Source: a virus
DNA length: 64,000 bases
Strand: one strand, 5' to 3'
Virus record (IMG/VR): IMGVR_UViG_3300037882_000456
Span: 7,882 to 71,881 of that record
Part shown: positions 30,066 through 38,053 of the stretch, piece by piece
Layout: the number at the start of each line of letters is the position of its first letter
How positions within the stretch are numbered: position 1 is the stretch's first letter
The notes under the pieces: model-generated
Databases searched by the model: none
Seen by the model: the letters and a program-made list of their open reading frames with translations, nothing else
What the model was told of the DNA's origin: nothing
Program-made: the position numbers and the translations under genes

Positions 30066-30247
30066 TAATGGCAAAGAATATCGCATTCGAATGCGGTGAA
30101 TGCAATTCCGGCGTCGTCCTTTGGGACGGTTGGAAAGAATCCATCTTTGATGAGTCGGAAATCGACGAATTCGAAGAAATTGTTTCTGAATTCGGAATTC
30201 CGATGGATATCGGAATGTGTTCACCGTGTGACCTTAGGTACAACTAA
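30062..30247 (+). CDS. Acidic Zn-ribbon-like protein
   Basis: CGEC...CSPC, Glu/Asp-rich. Confidence 0.55.
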   Translation: MIMAKNIAFECGECNSGVVLWDGWKESIFDESEIDEFEEIVSEFGIPMDIGMCSPCDLRYN

Positions 30248-30357
30248 GGTTTACCAAATCGTTACCTGAATGTCCTTGACATCTCAGGGCGAGCGGGCAA
30301 GATCTTACCCGCGCGGGCGCGCGTGTCAAGTCTTACGAGTGTCACAGAAAGTCACGG

Positions 30358-30427
30358 GACTTTCCCCTTATATACCAACAGATTCTCGCCTCGTGCCGAG
30401 AATCCCCTTATATAGCAACAGATTCTC
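30358..30427. repeat. Two 30-bp units, core inverted relative to 29609-29678
   Basis: 30358-30387 and 30398-30427. Confidence 0.85.
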
Positions 30428-30516
30428 GCCATCACTTTCGGTCACTCTCAGTGAGAAATCCCGTTACACAACCGTTACATTAGATGTCCGTTTTGCACCC
30501 CTAAAACGGCCTCGAC

Positions 30517-30544
30517 TGTCAGACCCCTATGGTACGCTTACACT
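30517..30544 (+). promoter_or_regulatory. PafBC-type promoter, leaderless
   Basis: TGTCAG-N10-TACGCT-N6-ATG; no consensus -35. Confidence 0.7.
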
Positions 30545-30748
30545 ATGAAAGAGAAGGGAGAAAGCATGATGATCAACAAGACTTACGCGATTGGCGCATG
30601 GTCGGCACCTTGCACCGTGTCCTATGGACACCCTGTAAATGTCACCCGCTATGAGCGCGTGCGCGTCGGTATCAAGAATGATACCTACGTTGCCACTTGT
30701 GAATGCGGCGCTACTCAGCGTCGGTTCTCATACGCAAAGCGTAAGTGA
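30545..30748 (+). CDS. Early hypothetical protein
   Basis: Leaderless ATG, or second ATG at 30566 with GGGAG RBS. Confidence 0.55.
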   Translation: MKEKGESMMINKTYAIGAWSAPCTVSYGHPVNVTRYERVRVGIKNDTYVATCECGATQRRFSYAKRK

Positions 30749-30843
30749 ATTCAGCCGACTAGGGCGGGATATCCCCTAGCCACAATAGGACCGGTGCCTA
30801 TTCAAATCCACCGGCAGCAAATCTAAGCAGTAAGGAAAGTGAA

Positions 30844-31062
30844 ATGGCTCGTTCAGTAAAGCAAGTGCCGGTAAAGTCCCTCAATTCGTGGGATCGAATT
30901 CAGATTGACGGTTTCGGTCGTCAGACTTTCACCATCATTAGCATTCGTGAGGATGCCGCTAATCAAATGCGATTCTTCCGAATTGCAGGATACAATGAGG
31001 GCGCGTTGCCGTCGCCCGTGGGAATTGCTTATGGTTCAATGGTTCGGAAGGTGAATTCATAA
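30844..31062 (+). CDS. Early hypothetical protein
   Basis: AAGGA RBS. Confidence 0.55.
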   Translation: MARSVKQVPVKSLNSWDRIQIDGFGRQTFTIISIREDAANQMRFFRIAGYNEGALPSPVGIAYGSMVRKVNS

Positions 31063-31352
31063 TGGCTCGCACCACGCCTTGCAGCGATGCAAAGAAAAGC
31101 CTTCGCAATATTGCTACCGCTGCGGTGGAATGCAATTGCTGCGGAATGTGGGTCAAGGAAAGGCGCACTAACGCTCACCGTGAATTGCAATTGTTCGCGG
31201 TGAATGAAGATACTAGAAAGGCGGTGCGTCTCTAATGGGATACATCGAAGTACAAAATGATCAGGGTGAATTCGTTCCGTTCGAATTCATCGACGCTAGC
31301 GTTCGCATTGATATCGAATGGGCGCTAATGAATATTGAGAAAGGAGAATGAA

Positions 31353-31538
31353 ATGGAATTCATCATGGTAGATGGAAAGCCTGCGGATATTGCTAAGTCA
31401 TATTCGCGCTTTGACACCTATTCGCCATTCCGTTACCGCGTATTGCGTAATGGTCGGCTAATCGGTAATGGCGTTACTAGGGAATTGGCAATTGCCGATA
31501 CCAATAAGCGACTAACCCAAATGGGTTATGCAAAGTAA
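31353..31538 (+). CDS. Early hypothetical protein
   Basis: AAGGAG RBS, start MEFIM. Confidence 0.5.
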   Translation: MEFIMVDGKPADIAKSYSRFDTYSPFRYRVLRNGRLIGNGVTRELAIADTNKRLTQMGYAK

Positions 31539-31558
31539 TGCAATTGTTACACACAGGG

Positions 31559-31579
31559 TTATCCACACCCTGTGGATAA
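31559..31579. promoter_or_regulatory. Inverted pair of perfect DnaA boxes
   Basis: TTATCCACA-ccc-TGTGGATAA. Confidence 0.7.
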
Positions 31580-31682
31580 CCGGGCAGGGTCTTGCCCGCT
31601 GTTACCAAAACGTTATTTAAGATGGCTTGACAACCTCACGGGGATCTGGTAGGGTGGTGCTAACACCAACCAAGGAGTGACC

Positions 31683-31883
31683 ATGTTCTACGTTTTCGCT
31701 GAGTTCGACGGTGACTTTGGCCGTAACCGCATCTCGCGTGGCTTTGCCACCGCCGAGGAGCGCGCAGCGTTCGCGTCCACGCTCGCCCCGGCCCCTGGTG
31801 AGGGCTGGTCGGACTACGAGGAGTGGGAGGCCCCTCAGAGTGAGTGGCCCCATACCCCCATCGGCTTCCCTCGGGGCTGGTGA
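31683..31883 (+). CDS. Early hypothetical protein
   Basis: Own TTGACA promoter, AAGGAG RBS. Confidence 0.6.
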   Translation: MFYVFAEFDGDFGRNRISRGFATAEERAAFASTLAPAPGEGWSDYEEWEAPQSEWPHTPIGFPRGW

Positions 31884-32012
31884 CGGGCAAGATCTTGCCC
31901 GCGCAGCGGGAAATGTCAATTTAAGAAGATCTGAAATACTCACGGGAAACGCTTGACAACCCTTGCCCATGCTGGTAGGCTGGCGGTACGCCAACCAGAG
32001 AGGAACCACCAC

Positions 32013-32210
32013 ATGCCCCCCTTCGACCCCGACTTCGACGCTGACAACCCGTACATCACCGACATTCCCGCGCGCTTCGTGTCCCCCGAGGACGAGGACG
32101 CTGACTTCGAGGACGCCTACGGCGTGTTCGCTGAGGCCACCTACGACCCCGATGGCGACTGGGGTGGCGAGGACGCTGGCATGGAGTTCGGCCTCTTCGG
32201 AGACTGCTGA
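32013..32210 (+). CDS. Highly acidic 65-aa protein (DNA-mimic candidate)
   Basis: About 20 D/E versus 1 R; own TTGACA-N17-TAGGCT promoter; GAGG RBS. Confidence 0.65.
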   Translation: MPPFDPDFDADNPYITDIPARFVSPEDEDADFEDAYGVFAEATYDPDGDWGGEDAGMEFGLFGDC

Positions 32211-32304
32211 CCCCAACGCTACCCCTTCGGGGGTAGCGCGGGCATGATCTTGCCCGCCTGCGGGCGGTTGTCAAGTTAAGATCATATGCTGAGACTCACG
32301 GGAA

Positions 32305-32332
32305 TGTCAGACCCATGTGCTAGGATGTCTCT
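32305..32332 (+). promoter_or_regulatory. PafBC-type promoter, leaderless
   Basis: TGTCAG-N10-TAGGAT-N6-ATG. Confidence 0.7.
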
Positions 32333-32524
32333 ATGAGACGAACCAAGCAAGCAGGAAATGATCACGGTATGCGTGCGATCTTCGACCGTGATGATCACAC
32401 GATCACCCTGACTACACACGGTAGCGGTGATGACCTGTTCATGTGGACCGAGCCGCAGGAACCGACTAACAAGCAACTGAAAAACATTCTGGAAAGTCAC
32501 CCCTGTACGGCGTGTCGCGTGTAG
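32333..32524 (+). CDS. Early hypothetical protein
   Basis: 63 aa, ends HPCTAC. Confidence 0.55.
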   Translation: MRRTKQAGNDHGMRAIFDRDDHTITLTTHGSGDDLFMWTEPQEPTNKQLKNILESHPCTACRV

Positions 32525-32527
32525 GAC

Positions 32528-32549
32528 TGTCGGACCCCTGTGCTACAAT
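32528..32549 (+). promoter_or_regulatory. PafBC-type promoter upstream of whiB-like gene
   Basis: TGTCGG-N10-TACAAT. Confidence 0.7.
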
Positions 32550-32578
32550 GGCATCATCAACCAAACGAAAGGCACGAA

Positions 32579-32800
32579 ATGCTCACTCCATGCCAGTCTC
32601 TCGCCGCGAACGAGGGTCACGACGTTGTGGACAAGTTGCTGTTCACGACCAAGCGCCGCGCTCTGATCGCCATTGAGTCACTCTGTGACCGATGCCCCGA
32701 TGAGGCCAAGTCGGACTGTGGCAAGCGTGCTCAGTCCATCGTCACGCCTGCCGGTGTGATCCCTGCCGAAGGCGTGTTCGGCGGTGTCTATTATGCGTGA
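32579..32800 (+). CDS. whiB: WhiB-like Fe-S transcription factor
   Basis: C...CDRC-x7-C...GVFGG; GAAAGG RBS. Confidence 0.7.
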   Translation: MLTPCQSLAANEGHDVVDKLLFTTKRRALIAIESLCDRCPDEAKSDCGKRAQSIVTPAGVIPAEGVFGGVYYA

Positions 32801-33014
32801 GATCGAAATGGCGCTAGACACCATCGAGCATATTGCTGGGCAAATGCGGATCGCTGCCCCGATGTTCGAGCAGTTTCCGTTCCTCAACTCCATCAACGTG
32901 ATGCGCGAAGAGGAATGTCTCGGTCAGATTGAGCGATGCGATGACTTCGTTGAGGGTTGCCGCTTCGTTCTAAACGCTTACTTCTTCGAGGTGCCCAATG
33001 AGTTCAGGATTTGA
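32793..33014 (+). CDS. Hypothetical protein
   Basis: Overlaps whiB-like gene. Confidence 0.5.
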   Translation: MREIEMALDTIEHIAGQMRIAAPMFEQFPFLNSINVMREEECLGQIERCDDFVEGCRFVLNAYFFEVPNEFRI

Positions 33015-33207
33015 GAACTACGATGACGAAACGCTCCGTATCATCGAGGCTAATCTCTTGCGTGGATTGGATCGCGTTGCAGATTCTATTGCCAACGGCA
33101 CGTTCACGCTGGTAGGCGAAAAGGGGTCAGCACCTCCCTGTGAGGGAGGGCAAATTACCCTCATCCTTCTCAGAGGCGTTCAAGCAGAACTTGACTCGCG
33201 CCTCTGA
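32998..33207 (+). CDS. Hypothetical protein
   Basis: GAGGTG RBS. Confidence 0.55.
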   Translation: MSSGFENYDDETLRIIEANLLRGLDRVADSIANGTFTLVGEKGSAPPCEGGQITLILLRGVQAELDSRL

Positions 33208-33292
33208 GTCGGGCAAGTTCTGCCCGCTGATCGTTATCTTCCTGTTATGACGAGGGCTTGACTTCACGGGAAATCCTTGATAGTATCGCGTC

Positions 33293-33658
33293 ATGCGAGT
33301 TTACAGGATTCAACATGAGGCCCGAGGTCATGGACCGTACATCATCCCGTTCTTTGAGGGTGACTACGATGACGAGAATGACAATGCGTACGACGATCTC
33401 ACTTCGCTGGCATACTGCCTGATCCGTGATCACCAAGACGATGACCACAAGGCACCTGACGTTATCCCTTCGCGCAAGGTGTGCGGGTTCGATTCTATGG
33501 CAGCACTTGAAACTTGGTTCGAGGGTTATCTCTCGGAGTTGTTCGAGGCTGGCTATGTTGTCATGGAGTTCGAGGGCGTGGACGTTCGCGTGCATGGTAA
33601 CGGTCAGGTAACGTTCGATAAAGAGTTGAGTATTCGCTTGACTTCCGCTGCGATCTAG
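33293..33658 (+). CDS. Hypothetical protein ('YRI.H...GPY...CGF' family)
   Basis: Leaderless TTGACT-N17-TAGTAT-N6-ATG. Confidence 0.65.
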   Translation: MRVYRIQHEARGHGPYIIPFFEGDYDDENDNAYDDLTSLAYCLIRDHQDDDHKAPDVIPSRKVCGFDSMAALETWFEGYLSELFEAGYVVMEFEGVDVRVHGNGQVTFDKELSIRLTSAAI

Positions 33659-34140
33659 GATACAATCATCCCATGAAGAAAAACAAGCGTCCCCAGAGTC
33701 CGAAGTCCAACGCACGCGTTCAGCGTGTCCAAGAGTTGAGGCAGGGTAGCACCACCAGCCCTCACCGCTCTGCGGCAGACTATCGCCGCAAGCCGAAGCA
33801 CGTTGGGCGTGGTTGGGATGAGTGATCGCAAGATGTCCCACGTTGATGTGCTCACCCGTGGAATGGAGCAGGGCCTCTCGTATGAGGATGCCGAGGCACT
33901 GGCCTTTCACCTTTGCCCCGAGTACCGCATGTGCTCCACCGCCCGCTATGTGAATGCGATCAACCGCATCCTCTCATAAACCTGTGTTGGCGCTTAGGGT
34001 CCGTCCCCATCATCCACGATGGGGGTAGCGGGCAAGATCTTGCCCGCGCCAGCGGGCTTGTCAAGGTCTTTATGATAACGATTTGATATCACGGAAGTTA
34101 CCTAACCGTTACCTAATCCCCTGCCGTATGGCTTGCGCTA

Positions 34141-34168
34141 TGTCGGTCCCCTATGCTAGAATCATCCC
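34141..34168 (+). promoter_or_regulatory. PafBC-type promoter, leaderless
   Basis: TGTCGG-N10-TAGAAT-N6-ATG. Confidence 0.7.
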
Positions 34169-34924
34169 ATGATGACAACGACGAACACCCTAGGCCTGCG
34201 CCGCTCCACCGACCGTAAGACCACCCCCTCCGCTAACAAGGCTGGCAAGGTTGCCAATATCGCTAACGCCTTCGGAATGCTCTCAGGGCGCGATTTCTCG
34301 TGTCCTGGTCAGACTGCCGCGTGCGAGGCTGTTTGCTATGCGGGGAAACTCGAACGCATCTTCGGCGGCTTTCGTGCCGTAATGACCGATAACTGGAATG
34401 CGCTTAGTAATGCGTCGTATTCCGATATGGTCGCGTCCCTTGATGCTATTGTCAAGGATTTCATTGTGGACGCGGATAAGCGGGAATGCGATAAGGTATT
34501 CCGCATTCACCACGATGGGGATTTCTTTAGCCGTGATTACGCGAGCGCGTGGGCTAATGTCGTGAAGCGTAATCCGTCCGTTCATTTCTGGGCCTACACG
34601 CGCTCATTCATTCCTGGCTGTAATGTCGTGGATATCCTTGCGGATATTCCCAATCTCACGCTTTACCTTTCGGTGGACGTCAATAACCTGGAATGGGCTA
34701 AGGTTATTACTGCGGAATACAATAGCGTCAAGGTCGCAACGCTTACCGATACCGCCGATGAGGGAACGGATATGATGCTTTCATTCCGTGAGCGTAAGGG
34801 TGGCGCGTGCCCCGAGGTTATGGGCCGTATCGAACTCATTACACCCGAGGGTGGCGCGTGCGTTACTTGTGCGCTTTGTGTATTCGGCAAGGCCGATATC
34901 CGTTTCGCTGCGAAGGGAAAGTAA
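34169..34924 (+). CDS. Gp88-like protein (Cys-cluster, radical-SAM-like fold)
   Basis: 'CPG...C...CYA', 'FRIH.DGDF', 'FWAYTR', 'C..C.LC'. Confidence 0.75.
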   Translation: MMTTTNTLGLRRSTDRKTTPSANKAGKVANIANAFGMLSGRDFSCPGQTAACEAVCYAGKLERIFGGFRAVMTDNWNALSNASYSDMVASLDAIVKDFIVDADKRECDKVFRIHHDGDFFSRDYASAWANVVKRNPSVHFWAYTRSFIPGCNVVDILADIPNLTLYLSVDVNNLEWAKVITAEYNSVKVATLTDTADEGTDMMLSFRERKGGACPEVMGRIELITPEGGACVTCALCVFGKADIRFAAKGK

Positions 34925-34926
34925 TC

Positions 34927-35157
34927 ATGGAACTCGGAACTATTGTTATGGCGACCGTTAGCCTAATGATTGCCGGAATGCTGACGGGATTGTTTATCTG
35001 GCTAACCGATGGTTGGTTTAGTCCTGGTATTGCCGTCGTGCTAATGGGGATTAGCGTCGTGTTTCTATTCACCGTATTCGGGTGGATTCTGCTAATCGGT
35101 TTGGGCGTTATCTGCGCCGCATTTGCCGGTATTCTATTCACAGATTCCGAGGGGTGA
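34927..35157 (+). CDS. Membrane protein
   Basis: Start MELGT; very hydrophobic. Confidence 0.6.
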   Translation: MELGTIVMATVSLMIAGMLTGLFIWLTDGWFSPGIAVVLMGISVVFLFTVFGWILLIGLGVICAAFAGILFTDSEG

Positions 35158-35933
35158 TAAAGGCTGCCCACGCCGAAAGGCGCGGGCAGGTTTTGCCCGC
35201 TGGGCAAAGCCTTGTCAAGTTACGAAGATCCTGAAAACTCACGGGAATTCCACTTGACATCCTAGCAGTTTGCTGGTAAGATCATGGCATGAACCTGATG
35301 AGGAAGCAAACGGCCAGAGCAGCGTCAAAGAATTCCCGTTTCACGGGCTGTGAGTGCTGCAATCCGTTGCCGTCCGTAAAGGTTCTTCGCAAGCGTGAGG
35401 AAAGAAAATGGAGAAAGGACTGGACAACCAGCCCATAGTCTGCTAGACTAGCATCTCCACCAACCGAAAGGACAGCATCATGCTGGGTTACACCGAGGCC
35501 ACCATTGAGCGTAAGGCCACCGCTCGCAACCTGACCGTCGATGAGTACAAGGCGGTTCTCATCACCAAGCGCAAGACTCGCGCGGAGCGTTCGCGCAAGG
35601 CTCGTGCAGAGCGCAAGGCGGCAGCCAATGCCTAAGCCCATCCGTGTCAGGGTCACCGACTCCAATGGTAAGGCGTACCTCTACATTGGTACGCTCTCCG
35701 ACTGGCGTGGTGAGAATCCTCACTTTGATCCGGTCGTGTATGGGTCAGGCGTATTCGTCCTGAACTGCGATCAGATCGTGAGCGTTGAGGTTCTTTACCC
35801 TGGACACCTTGACAACTCGTAACTAGTGTGCTACACTAGTTAGATAACTTCACAGAGTTTACGGTTGGTCTTAGTTCGTACTTGCTCGCCAACCGTCAAG
35901 CGATGGGGAAGATAAGATAAGCCCATCATTCTA

Positions 35934-36005
35934 GGTCGATTAGTGTAGAGGTTCGCACAGGTCCCTGTCAAGGATCTAGTACGGGATCGTTCCCCGTATC
36001 GACCG
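35934..36005 (+). tRNA. tRNA-Asp(GTC)
   Basis: Cloverleaf, loop CTGTCAA, atypical T-loop ATCGTTC. Confidence 0.8.
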
Positions 36006-36016
36006 CGTAAGTTCGA

Positions 36017-36098
36017 GCGTCGTGGCTCATGGAGAGCAGGGAGGTTGTAACCCTTCCGTCGTTAGACAAAGGTGGTTCGATTCCATCACGGCGCACCA
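36017..36098 (+). tRNA. tRNA-Tyr(GTA)
   Basis: Loop TTGTAAC, long variable arm, CCA. Confidence 0.85.
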
Positions 36099-36099
36099 C

Positions 36100-36174
36100 A
36101 CCGCCATCGTATAATGGACAATACGGGAGACTTTCAATCTTCTAATCGGGGTTCAATTCCCCGTGGCGGTACCA
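36100..36174 (+). tRNA. tRNA-Glu(TTC)
   Basis: Loop CTTTCAA, CCA. Confidence 0.88.
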
Positions 36175-36175
36175 T

Positions 36176-36249
36176 GGGAGTATGGTGTAGTGGTAACACA
36201 GAAGATTCCAAACCTTCTGCCTGAGGTTCGATTCCTTGTACTCCCGCCA
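36176..36249 (+). tRNA. tRNA-Trp(CCA)
   Basis: Loop TTCCAAA, G73, CCA. Confidence 0.85.
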
Positions 36250-36400
36250 CCGCCCTATCGGGCAAGGGTTTGCCCGCGCGAAGCGCGGTGTCAAGCCCTT
36301 TAAGAACTTCAAACAAACTTCACCGGATCCTGAGAATCGCTTGACTTCGAGGCCACATGCTGCTAGACTAGCATCACACCAACAAGGAAGAAGGATTCAA

Positions 36401-37375
36401 ATGCCTGCTCTTATCGATTCATTCGCCTCGCGTGCTCAGGTCGCGTGGCATGGCCTCGGCACCGTGTTCGATGCCGATGAGAACGTGAACACCTCCAAGA
36501 TGCTCGAACTGTCCGGTCTGGATTGGACCGTTGACCTCGTGCCGCTCGTCACCAACGACGCAACCAAGATGGACGCTGGCGCGTTCGCCTCTGTCCGTAC
36601 CAACAAGGACGGCGCTCAGGCTGTCCTCGGTGTCGTGGGTGAGCGTTACACCGTGGTTCAGAACTCGGACGCTCTCGCGTTCGCTGACAACATCCTCGAT
36701 GGTGGTGGCCGATGGGAAACTGCCGGTGGCCTAAAGGGTGGCGCTGTCGTGTTCGGCTCCATGGCTGTCCTCGATGACATTGTGCTCGACCCGCAGGGTG
36801 CGGCTGACAAGATCAAGACGTACCTGCTCATCAGCACTTCTCACGATGGTTCGTCTGCCATTCAGGTGTCCTCGACTCCTGTTCGCGTGGTTTGCTCGAA
36901 CACTCTCAACATGGCCCTAAAGGGTACCAAGAACTCCGTCAAGTTCCGCCACACGGCGAGCATTGAGGGCAAGGTTCTTCACGCTCGCCAGTCGCTCGGC
37001 ATGGCTTCGACGTACTTCGATGCGTTCGAGGTTGAGGCTCAGGCGCTGTTCGCTCAGGCTGTCACGAACGACAAGTTCGACAAGATCGTGAAAGCGATCT
37101 ACCCTGAGCCCAACCGCGTCGATGCTGCCAAGGTCGCCGTGACCAAGTGGGACAACCGCCGTGAGCGTCTGTTTGGCCTGTGGAATGGCCCGACCAACGC
37201 CAACATCAGCGGCACCGCTTGGGCTGCGCTCAACGCTGTGACCGAGGAAAACCAGTGGTACCGTCAGGTTCGCGGTGGCAACACTGAGAACGGTCTGGCT
37301 GCTGGTGCTGGCTTCGATGACGCTACCAACGCGTTCCGCTCGAAGGCCCTGAGCGTCGTCAAGGCGTTCGCCTAG
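36401..37375 (+). CDS. DUF932 / TIGR03299-like protein
   Basis: 'AWHGLG', 'GLDW.V', 'LG.VG.RY..VQN', 'SHDGS', 'TPVRVVC.NTL', 'RHT', 'GTAW...NAV.E'. Confidence 0.88.
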   Translation: MPALIDSFASRAQVAWHGLGTVFDADENVNTSKMLELSGLDWTVDLVPLVTNDATKMDAGAFASVRTNKDGAQAVLGVVGERYTVVQNSDALAFADNILDGGGRWETAGGLKGGAVVFGSMAVLDDIVLDPQGAADKIKTYLLISTSHDGSSAIQVSSTPVRVVCSNTLNMALKGTKNSVKFRHTASIEGKVLHARQSLGMASTYFDAFEVEAQALFAQAVTNDKFDKIVKAIYPEPNRVDAAKVAVTKWDNRRERLFGLWNGPTNANISGTAWAALNAVTEENQWYRQVRGGNTENGLAAGAGFDDATNAFRSKALSVVKAFA

Positions 37376-37545
37376 TCTCCGGTGGGGGCACCTGGGAAGA
37401 TCCCCTCGTGTCCCCACTGGTTTCACCTTGACAGCCCGCCTGCGGCGGGCAGTCTTTGCCCGATGTCAAACTCTTCTAATTACGAACCCCTTGACATTTC
37501 ACGGGAGTTCTGGTAGGCTGTGCCCAACAAACAAGGGAGCGAATC

Positions 37546-37911
37546 ATGGACAAGCGAGCATATCTCGTATCGGCTGGGCTAGCACAAGGAACTCGTGGCA
37601 GGTTTTCTGCTGAGGCTGAGGCTGCTTGGACTGCTCATCTGATCGAGCAGGGTAATGATGAGATCACGCCTAGTGACTCAGAGGTTCCTGACCTCCCTCG
37701 TGATGGATTCCATCTTGCCACGCTCCCTCCTGTTTATAACATTGTAAGAGAGCAAGAGAGCGCGTACACGGTGGATGAGCAGGGTCATCTTATTGGTCAC
37801 AGCGCATGTGGTGACTGTAAGCGACAGATCCGCAACTGTGAGTGTGCTGGTGGGCCTTGGGGCTTGTCATACATCGCTCCCCGTCAGAAGGCCTACCTAG
37901 TGTCCAACTAG
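37546..37911 (+). CDS. Hypothetical protein with 'RGRFS' and Cys motifs
   Basis: Own promoter; 'GLAQGTRGRFS'; C..C......C.C. Confidence 0.6.
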   Translation: MDKRAYLVSAGLAQGTRGRFSAEAEAAWTAHLIEQGNDEITPSDSEVPDLPRDGFHLATLPPVYNIVREQESAYTVDEQGHLIGHSACGDCKRQIRNCECAGGPWGLSYIAPRQKAYLVSN

Positions 37912-38053
37912 GGCGGGCAACATCTGCCCGCCAGGGCCAGATGTCAAGCCATTACGAACCTTTACGAAGATCGCGGGAATCCACCTGAATCACTTGACAT
38001 ACACCCCGCCTGCTGGTAGACTTACCTCACACCAACAGAAAGGAACCACCCGC

